DNA from: Chiloscyllium plagiosum
Lineage: Eukaryota
Direction of reading: 5' to 3'
DNA: 64,000 nt
NCBI RefSeq assembly: GCF_004010195.1
Contig: NC_057719.1
Coordinates: forward strand, 22,126,896-22,190,895
The translations under genes and the position numbers were made by a program. Positions within the stretch are counted from its first letter, which is position 1; every line of letters begins with the position of its first letter. Under the pieces are notes generated by a model, which saw only the letters and a program-made list of their open reading frames with translations, was not told where the DNA came from and made no database searches. This document shows, in pieces, positions 21,308 through 31,710 of this stretch.

Positions 21308-23625
21308 ATGCTTCACCGGTGCACCGCTCTCCTTCCTGCTCTCCTCTTCGCCCTACGATTGATGCCTTCTTTACCCGAGATACATGACAACTTCTACCGC
21401 CACGGTGTTGCCTTCAATGCGTCCAACGCCATCTGTATTCCTGCAAGGGACAAGCCCGAGGAGATCGACGCATTCTACAAGGCCTGGCTGGAGGTCCTCC
21501 CGGGCGTACACACACTCTGTTTATTCTGCACGTCGGAGCGCGACCCGCGGCCGACCTGCCTCCGGACCCGAGATACATGACAACTTCTACCGCCACGGTG
21601 TTGCCTTCAATGCGTCCAACGGCATCTGTATTCCTGCAAGGGACAAGCCCGATGTGATCGACGCATTCTACAAGGCCTGGCTGGAGGTCCTCCCGGGCGT
21701 ACACACACTCTGTTTATTCTGCACGTCGGAGCGCGACCCGCGGCCGACCTGCCTCCGGCGTGCTGAGGCGATGGACTTGGGGGGTTGCATGTTCGGGACA
21801 ATGTGTGCCATGCCCAAGAACCTCGCCTCTGCCCCAGCATTTGATGCTTTTACTTTATGGGATCTGTCTGTTTGCGGGTATTATGAGCCCACCAATGCCA
21901 CGGTAATCTCCTTGTATTTGTGCTTTCCACCTGCCCCAACCACACCACCCCCAACCACGACTCCCGAGATATTGCCGTGCCCCTCTCTGGGACCGGGGCC
22001 TGCGGGGGGACTGGTATTGTGCGATGAGGGAGAGGCCCTTTATGACAACGTCCGACACGAGGTCGTACCTGTGCTGGTCAATATATCGGGCATCTAGGTA
22101 CCGGCCTATTGCACAGCACGGGTACACAACATATACGCCATGATGGGGAAGGAGGTTATATAGAGGGCCATTGACGCCATGGGGGCAACCCACTACCGGA
22201 CCGACATACATAACACGCACACACAACGACACAGACGGGACATAGTCAATGATGCTCTCACAGGACTCAACATGGGGACATCCTTAGTAAACTCCCGAGA
22301 CATCCAGGGCCTTAACGAAAAGGTCGAGCAACTAAAAGGGTTAATGAGGGACCTGCTACAGAGATCTCTCACAAATCAGGCAGACCGGGCATTCCTGGGG
22401 GAAGAGGGAGCATACATCCAGCTCGACAGCATTGCAGTCCTGGAAACACACGCCCACACCATTAACCGCCATATAGACCGGGAAAGAGAAAACACGGCCC
22501 ATATCCACGAGGGGCAGCTGTGCCATGCGTATGGCCTGTGGATGGTAGCCCAGATCCGGCATAATCTTGACCAGATCCAAAGGGAGGAGGTGCCCGACTG
22601 GATCGATAGCACCAAACTGGCCTCACTCGCGGGCCGCTCCGGGCCGCTCGACAGCCGGACTCTGAAGGGTATGGCCAGAGTATACCCAGTCATTCCCGAC
22701 TGTGAGGTCAGTGAGGCGACAGGAGTCGGGATGGTCCTCCTGATTCCTGTGGTCACCCCAGGGTCCGGGCCATTTCCCCTGTTTCACATTGAGAACATTG
22801 GAGTCATACAGGAAAACGCTTCCCTCAAATATCGTTTAGCTCACCACACAGCCATATCTCGAAACGGCGCTGTGTACGGGGTGCCGCTTACAGGCTGCAA
22901 GCGGTGGGGGGGGCAATTACCATCTGCCCTCACCCCTTACGAAGGAGTGAAACAGCGGAATGCGGGTTCAACCGGACACAGGGCTGCACCTTTGAAATCG
23001 AACCCACGGACCCCCACTTCACTAGGGCGGGGTATGGTGGAAGGGGACAGTATTGTGTTTCCACTCTTGAAACCTCATTTTGGTATAACGGACTGCAGTG
23101 CCCGATTCCCCAGCATGGGTTCCGTTTCACCCCCAGGCGCCCAGTCACGGTTGGGCAAGCTCACATCTCAGAGGTCCGACGACGGAACCCCGAGTCCATA
23201 CAAACTACTGACAAATTCAGGGACACCCTCAGGAAATATCAGGAGCCCGAACAAGCCCCCATTTCACATTTGGCGAGGTCTTACGGGAGCTTAGGACCCG
23301 GGTAGGACACTCAGTGAAACTGTATCACCAGTTGCAATCACATATAAAGGACCTAGAGGAGGACACAGAGACAGCTCTGCAGTCCCAGAGGTGAGCGCAG
23401 AGGGTGTGGGATTGGGGCCTAAACGTAAACATACATCCCTGGATCCGAATCATCTCGCACACCATTGTAGGCACACAGTTACTGCTGGCTCTAGCCTGGC
23501 TCCTGGTCGCGTGTCACTCATGCTGTCAGCACAAGAAATGAAAGGCCAGAAAAACCATGCTCCACGCCATCGACTCCTGGCGGGCGATCAGGCACCACGA
23601 GCTCACAGGGCTCGAGTTAATGTAA
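21308..23625 (+). pseudogene. env: Envelope glycoprotein, class I fusion protein with F-like architecture; disrupted
   Basis: Signal peptide MLHRCTALLPALLFALRLMPS; furin site RHRR/DIV; heptad repeat IQGLNEKVEQLKGLMRDLL; Cys-rich domain; HR2 LRELRTRVGHSVKLYHQLQSHIKDL; Trp-rich juxtamembrane segment; TM IISHTIVGTQLLLALAWLLVAC. Stops at 22095, 22161, about 23392 and 23539; frameshifts at the 193-bp duplication, G8 22906-22913 and about 23272. Confidence 0.88.
21373..21758 (+). repeat. Tandem duplication, 2 x 193 bp, in 5' env
   Basis: Units 21373-21565 and 21566-21758 differ at 3 positions; 193 is not a multiple of 3. Confidence 0.95.
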
Positions 23626-23747
23626 CCATCTCCCGGGACTATCCAAAGGCCCCATGACTGCAGCATGACGGCCGGCGGAATGTACCGGGTGAGGAACCGA
23701 CTTTCAAGGTATCGACATCGGGGGTGTGGACGTGTCCAACCGCTTGC

Positions 23748-23760
23748 CAAAATGGGGGAC
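23748..23760 (+). promoter_or_regulatory. Polypurine tract
   Basis: CAAAATGGGGGAC immediately before the 3' LTR TG at 23761. Confidence 0.8.
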
Positions 23761-24487
23761 TGCAAGCGGGCATCAGAGCTGCCCCGCATTTGCAACAGGA
23801 CTATGCCTTCATCGGTAAAACTATAGGAATTCATTTTGTGTTTTAAACAGCAGCCGCAGCTTAAACCCACAGAACTCAGCAGCTGCCGGTCCGCCCATGT
23901 GACCGTGAGGTGGGAGCCAGAGGACAGATCAAATCCACACTAGGCCAGACACTAACCATGACTCATAGACCGAAACTCCAGAGCTAATTAATATGGAAAC
24001 CCATCTCCTAATCAAATCAAGAGACTGACTGAAACACACCCATATTCATCAATACAGGACCATCCTGTAACAAAGGACAGGCATCCACCAGACAGGAACG
24101 AACAGACTAATACATACCAGCACCCCAAGGGAACAAAGGGGGGTGCTAGCCCCCAGCCCGCACAGAGAGAGACAAGCAGATAGTACCCGGACCCATTTAC
24201 ATAATCCAATTAGCACCCTATTGTGTGTACACTCCAACTCTCCTGGGACGGTAGGAAACCCACCATTTGCACCTACTCCAGTGATGATGGGGAACTATCA
24301 TCCCATTCATACTCAAAATCCTCACATCCTGCCAAAGAAAGGTATATAATGTGTAGCAGCGCGCGGGAACAGCAGAACAGCCGAGATTCGGACCTCAATT
24401 GGTCTCTGCCGGTGTTACTGTATCAGTAAACGTTACCGATTGTTGAACCGCACTCTGGGCTCGGACTGATGTCATTTCATCCGCGCT
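23761..24487 (+). repeat. 3' LTR (727 bp; last 4 nt AACA missing; carries 174 bp absent from the 5' LTR)
   Basis: Direct repeat of 16836-17387; extra segment at about 24085-24258. Confidence 0.95.
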
Positions 24488-24827
24488 CCCGTCTGTGTCG
24501 TTGTGTGTGTGTGTTATGTATGTTGAACCGGTAGTGGGTTGCCCCCATGGCGTCTATGGCCCTCTCTATAACCTCCTTCCCCATCATGGCGTATAGGTTG
24601 CGTACCTGTGCTGTGCAATAGGCCGGTACCTAGATGCCCGATATATTGACCAGCAAAGGTACGACCTCGTGTCGGACGTTGTCATAAAGGGCCTCTCCCT
24701 CATCGCACAATACCAGTCCCCCCGCAGGCCCCGGTCCCAGAGAGGGGCACGGCAATATCTCGGGAGTCGTGGTTGGGGCTGGTGTAAAGCACAAATACAA
24801 GGAGATTACCACGGCATTGGTGGGCTC
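24487..24827 (-). repeat. Inverted env fragment fused to the 3' LTR end
   Basis: Reverse complement of 21885-22240 with about 14 substitutions and a 15-nt indel (manual count). Confidence 0.95.
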
Positions 24828-25062
24828 CACCATTTACCTGCACCAACCAACGCTATCCCACCTACCTTTTCCGCAACCCCATCCCCTTCCTTCTATTTAT
24901 TTCTCAGCCCTCTTCCTCCTCTCTCAGTCCTGATGAAGGGTCCTGCCTGAAACATTGACTCTCCTATTCCTATGATGCTGATTGACTTGCTGTGCTTTTT
25001 CCAGCTCCACATTTTATCGACTCTTAGTTTCCAGCATCTGCAGTCCTTACTATCTCCAAGTT
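24828..25062 (+). mobile_element. PLE 3' UTR/pLTR with hammerhead core (right flank of the provirus)
   Basis: CCTGATGAAGGGTCCTGCCTGAAAC at about 24929, followed by the CCAGCATCTGCAGTCC tail; same orientation as the PLE fragment left of the provirus. Confidence 0.7.
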
Positions 25063-25072
25063 TCTCAACTTC

Positions 25073-25490
25073 ACTAGTCCCAGTTGCCTGTATTCGAACC
25101 ATGTCCCTTTAAATGCTTTTTATTCATGTACCCATCCAGATGCCTTATAAATGTTGTGATTGTATCAGCCTCTACCACTTCGTCTGGCAGCTCATGCCAC
25201 ACATACATCACCCTCTGTGTCGAAAAGTTGCTCTTTGGGTCCATTTTAAATCTTTTTCCTCTCACCTTTATCCTATACCCTTTAGTTTTGGACTCCCCCA
25301 GCCTGGTGCAAAGACCTTTGCTATTCACCTTATCTAAGTCCCTCACGAGTTTACAAATTTCTACAAGGTCACCCCGAGCCTCCTGTGCGCCAGCGAAACA
25401 TGTCCCAGCTGTTCCAGCCTCTCCGTAAAACTCAAACCTTCTAGCCTCGGTAACATCCTTGTAAATCTTTTGTGCACCCTTTCCATGAAC
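25073..25490 (-). mobile_element. CR1 LINE 3' fragment
   Basis: Minus-strand RGDLVEICKLVRDLDKV...FSTQRVMYVWHELP...FIRHLDGYM, CR1 ORF2 C-terminus. Confidence 0.85.
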
Positions 25491-25853
25491 AATCACATGT
25501 CAGTCCATGATAATATGGCTTTTGAAGAATGCCAGATCTTCAAAATGTAGATTAAATTACTTCTGAAAGAGAGAACATTTTAGTGATTTTTGTTGGCTCT
25601 TCATGTCACAAACTGTTTGGGTACATTGCTGAGAATCTCTTAATTAAGGGAGATGTTTGACGACAGTTTGTCTGTTAACTCAAATCAATGCTGGATATTA
25701 GAGTATAAATTGTGTATTTTTATTTGTAATAAGTTGTTTTACTTCATTAATTTTGTAAGGTTCATTTTATTTGTTTAAATCAATGGAATCTTGCGGCTTT
25801 ATTCTCTCAGTAAGTACCTGGAATCTCAAATATCATCTACTGTAAATAAAATA

Positions 25854-26012
25854 CAAAGGAACCTCAATTATCCAGCATTCAATTATCCAAATATTGGATT
25901 ATCCGGCAAGATCGCAAGATCCTGATACTTGGTTGAACTATGTTATCCAGCATTTGATTAACTGAACAAAATACTGCCCACCTGTGTCCTTTGGATAATT
26001 GAGGTTCCTCTG
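25854..26012. mobile_element. 159-bp MITE, Tc1/mariner-pogo (Tigger-like)
   Basis: 21-bp TIRs CAAAGGAACCTCAATTATCCA / TGGATAATTGAGGTTCCTCTG (1 mismatch), flanked by TA on both sides. Confidence 0.85.
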
Positions 26013-27809
26013 TAGTTACAAGTGCCCAATCTGATTGGGACATACGTTTGGCAGTCTCATCCAGGATTGTAACACTTCGGCTTGTGGCATCAGCATTGAA
26101 CAATTTCTCCCCTCCCCTCCCCTGCAATATAGTGCCAAACTCTGACATGAGGGGCTGGAATTTCAAGCGCTACGGAGATGTGCAAGTGGACAAAGTTGCA
26201 TTGCTGGCTTCTGAAGGCAGACTGAGTGTTGAAGGGTGACCTGTCTATGAGTGTTTAGGTAACCAATTGAGAGGAACTAATGGCCCCTAATTGGCTACGT
26301 GCAGAGGCCAGCTAGAATCTTCCACTGCAGCCTCACAGCATTAAACTGGAGAGACAGCATTTCTCCAGTTGGAGACTATTTAAGGAGAAACTTTCTGCAC
26401 CTCTTTGGTTGCCAGGCAAAGCATAAAAAATGATAAAGTTAACACATTGGAGAGAGAATGGCTCAAAATGCAATTGTTCCTTGAGGCTCGAGTGTCTTCC
26501 TAGTTCTTCACCAGCTCTGAGACCCTTCTTTAATCATACAGCTAAGTACTCTCTAACCACTAATTGATCAATTTGGGGAAAATCATTACCGGGTGACTGT
26601 TCTCAACACGGTTTGGGGTCATGACCCACATTCAACACGAAGATCAAGATCCCAGTCCAATCAAAACCTAAAATCCTGCCCCAGTGTAGTGCTGAGTCTT
26701 TTGTTGAGTTTACAAAATTTTTTTTTAAATTCCGTATTTCAATATCTGTAAACATTCAAGCAAACATCCTTCATATTTTTGTGACACATTTCATCACTTT
26801 CTTTTTTGTAAAAAGTAGACGTTATTAAAGGAAAGGAATGCTGGTCAGCTCCTATTAGCCGCTTGTGACTTGAAGCCAAGACTTCAGCAGCCAGCTCCCA
26901 GTTTCAAACTTCTTTCAGCATCAGAGATTAACCTTTGATTAACCTTAGGATGTGCCTATTTACAGCATTTCAGTTTAGTGGCCGTAAAGAAACAAAGTCA
27001 GCTATACACGGCTCCAGCTTGAAAGAAAAATAATACATTGAACATTATGCATCCTGCTTCTCTCATTAAAGAAAAGCAATTCATCTGACTTAACATTCTG
27101 AGCACATTTTTATATATATGCACTCATAAATTTCCTATTGTATTGCTGAATGTTAAGTCAGATGAATTGCTGTTCCCTAATGAGAGAAGCAGTATACCGT
27201 GCAACATTTAATCTATTATTATTCAGCTCCCCATGATGGAGCTGTGTGTAGCCTGGTTTGTTTCCGAACTCCTTACCTTCTTCAGTTTTATCTCCTCACA
27301 CCAATCCATAGGCTTTCAAAGCCAAGCTTGCCATCACCTAACTTCATTTACTTGGTTTTCCCCTTTCAAACGTGGTGCTGAACTGAACTATTTACCATTT
27401 CCCTGCTTTCTTAAAATAATCTTTTGTTTTCAATCCTTTCTATCAGCTTGTGAGAAAACAAAAGATGTGTCTAATGCTCGGGAGAGGACTGGCAACACGA
27501 CTAAACAAAACTTAAAATATGCTGAATAAGAAAATTAACATATATTAATAGTGAGATGCATGTCATTGTCATCGTTTGAAATATTAATTGCAGAGCCTTT
27601 GACTACACAGTCAGAAGTAGAATGAAACAAATTAGTAGCCCTGTGAGTAGACTAGCCTCATAACCTAAAGTTGAAAAATTCTGAAATCAAATCACAGGAA
27701 GCGCCACAAGGTAATTATTGTATCACATGCCTCTCAAATAGTAATATATTCCAATTTAGTTTGAAAACTCCAAATGTAGGCCTGTAACAATGAACTGTTC
27801 AGCCACAAG

Positions 27810-30695
27810 AGTGTCAGAAACAAGAGTGATGAACTTAGAGCATGGATCAGTACTTGGGGCTACAATGTTGTGGCCGTAACAAAGACGTGGGTTTGACAGG
27901 GGCAGAAATGGTTGCTTGATGTTCCAGGGTTTAGAACATTTAAAAAGAACAGGGAGGATGGAAAAAGAGGAGGGGGTGTAGCATTGCTAATCAGAGAGTG
28001 CATCACAGCTACAGAAATGAAGGGTGTTGAGGAAGGTTTGTCTACTGAGTCAGTATGGGTGGAAGTTAGGTACAGCAAGGGAACAGCCACCTCATTGGGG
28101 ATTTCCTACAGACCACCTAATAGTAGTAGAGAGAGATTGAAGAACTCATGGGTGGGCAGATTCTGGAAAATGCAGATGTAGCAGGGTTGTTGTTATGGGT
28201 GATTTCAACTTTCCCAATATCGACTGGAACTTCCTAAGTGCAGATGGATTGGATGGAGCCCTTTTTGTCCGATGTGTTCAGGAGTGTTTCCTTACTCAGT
28301 ATGTGGACAGGCCAATGAGGGGAGAGGCCATTTTGGATTAGGTGCTAGGCCATGAGCCAGGACGGGTGTCAGATCTTGCAGTGGGAGAACACTTTGGTGA
28401 CAGTGGTCATAACTGCCTCACATTTACCATAGCCTTGGAGAGGGAAAGGAGCAGTTACCGAGGGAAGATGATTAATTGAGGAAAAGGAAATTACGACGCT
28501 ATCAGACAGGAATTGGGAAGTACAGACTGGGAGCAATTGTTCCACAGAAAGGGCACAACAGACATGTGGAGACTATTTAAGGAGCAATTGTTGCAAGTGA
28601 TGCATGAATTTGTTCCTCTGAGACAGGTAAGAAGGGGTAAGATGAAGGAACCTTGGATGACGAGAACAGAGGAGCTTCTCGTCAAAAGGAAGAAGGCAGC
28701 TTACGTAAGGTGGAGGAAGCAAGGATCTAGCACAGCTTTAGCGGATTCCAGGCTTGCTAGAAAGGAGCTCAGAAATGGATTAAGGAGAGCCAGGAGGAGG
28801 CACAAAAAAGGCTTGGCAAGAAGGAATAGGGAGAACCCAAAGGCATTTTAGTCATACGTGAGGAATAAGAGAATGATCAGGGAGAAGGTAGGGCCTTTCA
28901 GGGATAGTGGAGGGAACTGGTGCATGGAGTCTGAGCAGATAGTGGAAGCCCTAAGTTAGTTTTTTGCTTCAGTTTTCACTAAGGAAAGGGACCTTGCTGT
29001 GAATGAAAACTTTGAGGAGCTGGGATACAGGCTTGAACAGATCAAGATTGATGAAGTTGATGTGCTGGAAATTTTGGATAAGGAAAGGGACCTTGCTGTG
29101 AATGAAAACTTTCAAGATTGATGAAGTTGATGTGCTGGAAATTTTGGAAAACATTAAGATTGATAAGTCCCCAGGGCCAGACCAGATTTATCCTAGGCTG
29201 CTCCAGGAAGTGAGAACGGAGGTTGCTAAGCCGCTGGCAAGGAACTTTGTCTCCTCACTCTCCATGGGAGTCATACCAGAGGATTGGAAGGAAGCAAATG
29301 TTGTTCCTCTTTTCAAGAAAGGTAATAGGGAAATCCCTGGCAATTAAAGACCAGTCAGTCTTACGTTTGTGGTCAGCAAAGTTTTGGAAAGAATTCTCAG
29401 GGATAGGATTTATGACTATTTGGCAAAGCATAGTGTGATTAAAGGCAGTCAGCATGGCTTTGTGAGGAGAAGGTCATGCCTCACAAACCTTATTGAGTTC
29501 TTTGAGGAGGTGACAAGACAGTTCGACAAAGGTCAAGCAGTGGATGTGCTGTATATGGACTTCAGCAAGGCATTTGATAGGGTTCCCCATGGTAGGCACA
29601 ATCATAAAGTCAGGAAGTATGGGATACAGGGAGATTTAGCTGTCTGGATTCAGAATTGGCTGGCTGATAGAGAGCAGAGAGTGGTTGTAGATGGAAAGTA
29701 TTCTGCCTGGAGGTCAGTGATGAATGGGGTCCGGTAGGGCTCTGTTCTTGGGCCTTTTTGTAGTTTTTATAAATGACTTGGATGAGGAGGTTGAGGGGTG
29801 GGTTAGTAAATTTGCCAATGACACAAAGGTTGGAGGTGCCATCGATAGTATCAAGGGCTATTGCAAACTGCAGCGTGACATAGACAGGATGCAGAGCTGG
29901 GCTGAGAAATGGAGTTCAACCTGGATAAATGCGAAGTGATGCATTTTGGAAGGTTGAACTCGAATGCTGAATATAGGATTAAAGACAGGATTCTTGGCAG
30001 TGTGGAGGAACAGAGGGATCTGGGTGTGCAAGTACATAAATCCCTCAAAGTTTCCACCCAAGTGGATAGGGTTGTTAAGAATGTATATATTGTTTTGGCT
30101 TTCATTAACGGGGGATCGAGTTTAAGAGCTGTGAGGTTTTGCTACAGCTCTACAAGTCCCTGGTGAGACCACACTTGGAATATTGTGTCCAGTTCTGGTC
30201 ACCCTACTTTAGGAAAGATACAGAGGTTTTGAAGAGGGTGCAAAGAAGGTTTACCAGGATGCTGCCTTATGAAGAAAGGTTGACTAAGTTTGTACTTTTC
30301 TCTCTGGAGAGAAGGAGGAAGAGAGGAGACCTGATCGAGGTTTACAAGATAATGTGAGGAATTGATAGAATCAATAGCCAGAGACTTTTCCCCAGAGCAG
30401 GATTGACTGGTAGGAGAGGTCATAGTTTTAAGATATTAGGAGAAAGGTATAGAGGCGACGTCAGAGGTAGGTTCTTTACGCAGAGAGTTGTGAATGCATG
30501 GAATGTGTTGTCAGCGGTGGTGGTGGAAGCAGAGTCATTGGGGACATTTAAGCCACTGCTGGACATGCACATGGATAACAGTGAGTTGAGGGGTGCATTG
30601 GTTAAGTTATTATATTTTACATTAGGATTTTACCTCGGCACAACATCGTGGGCCTAAGGGCCTGATCTGTGCTGTACTTTTCTTCTTCTTCTACA
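27810..30695 (+). mobile_element. CR1 LINE (HER1-like), near-complete but disrupted ORF2 (APE + RT) and 3' tail
   Basis: APE motifs GGGVALLI, YRPPN, VVMGDFNFP; RT motifs KSPGPDQIYPRLL, QHGF...SCLTNL, YMDFSKAFD, KFANDTK; 3' GGGCCTGATCTGTGCTGTA tail; many stops and frameshifts. Confidence 0.95.
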
Positions 30696-31089
30696 ATATC
30701 AAGCAAGAACAAAGTAGTACAAATGTTGGAGATCTGAGAAAAAAATTAGAAAGAGGTGGAGAAACTCAATGGGTCTGGCAGTAACTGGAGAGAGAAATCG
30801 AGTTAATATTTCAAGTCTGCTATAACTCTTTTACAAAATCAAAGAATGTTATTGGACTTGAAACGTTAACCTCCTTTATCTCTCCACAAATGCTGCCACA
30901 TCTGCTGAGGTAGAAAATAATGACTTATTACTTAATGTGAGTTTTTAAAAAATTTAGCCAGTTTCAAAGACTGTAAAGTGTCTGGATACTAGGCTGCCTG
31001 ACGGTCACTCCATCAGATACACTGTGCCTTGGTCTGGTGTCTGTTTGGAAAATAGCAGTGAGAAAGTCCATGTCCTGCCACTGAATAAA

Positions 31090-31710
31090 CCGTGAGATGT
31101 AAGAACAAAAGTAGGCATTCAACCTATAGAGTCTGTTCTGCCATTCTAAGAGATTCTTGCTGATCTGATAATCCTCAGCTCCACTTTCCTGTTTTCACCC
31201 ATAACCTTGATTCCCTTACTAATTAAAGTCTATGCAAATCTTGAATATAATCAATGACTCAGCCTCCACAGTTCTCTGTGGTAAAGAATTACTCAGATTA
31301 GCTACCCTCTGAGGGAAGAAATGAAGAAATTCCTCTTAATCTCTGGTCCCAAATCGGGAGACCCCTTACTCTGAAATTATATACCCTAACGCTAGACCTT
31401 CCCATAGGATAAAACAACCTTTCTGCATCTAACCCATCGAATCCCCTGAGAATCTTACTTATTTCATCAAGATTGCCTGTCATTCTTTGAAATTTTAATG
31501 AGTACAATCTAATGTACCCAACCTCTCCTCCCACGACAATCCTTCCACATCTTTGTTCAAGCGAATGAACCTTCTCTGGACTGCCTCCAACGCCAGTATA
31601 TCTTGCCGTGGATAAGCAGTCCAAAACTGTAAACTGTCCTCCAATTATGGTCTTATATAAATATGCCTTATATAATTTTAGCAAGACCTCCCTATTTTTA
31701 CATTTGATAT
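31090..31710 (-). mobile_element. Old CR1 3' fragment
   Basis: Minus-strand MLKLYK...LYSLKFQRMTGNLDEISKILRGFD, CR1 ORF2 C-terminus. Confidence 0.75.

Larger units (their letters stand above)
16836..24487 (+). mobile_element. Endogenous retrovirus-like provirus (lokiretrovirus-like): LTR-PBS-gag-[NC/PR/RT deleted]-RNaseH-IN-env(F-like)-PPT-LTR
   Basis: Paired direct LTRs, PBS, PPT, CA major-homology region, RNase H and D,D(35)E integrase motifs, env with furin site and TM; GC/CpG-rich versus AT-rich flanks. Confidence 0.95.

Noticed and set aside
23391..23657. Possible accessory ORF 3' of env
   Set aside because: Alternative frame overlapping the env TM/cytoplasmic tail, non-ATG start, no motif
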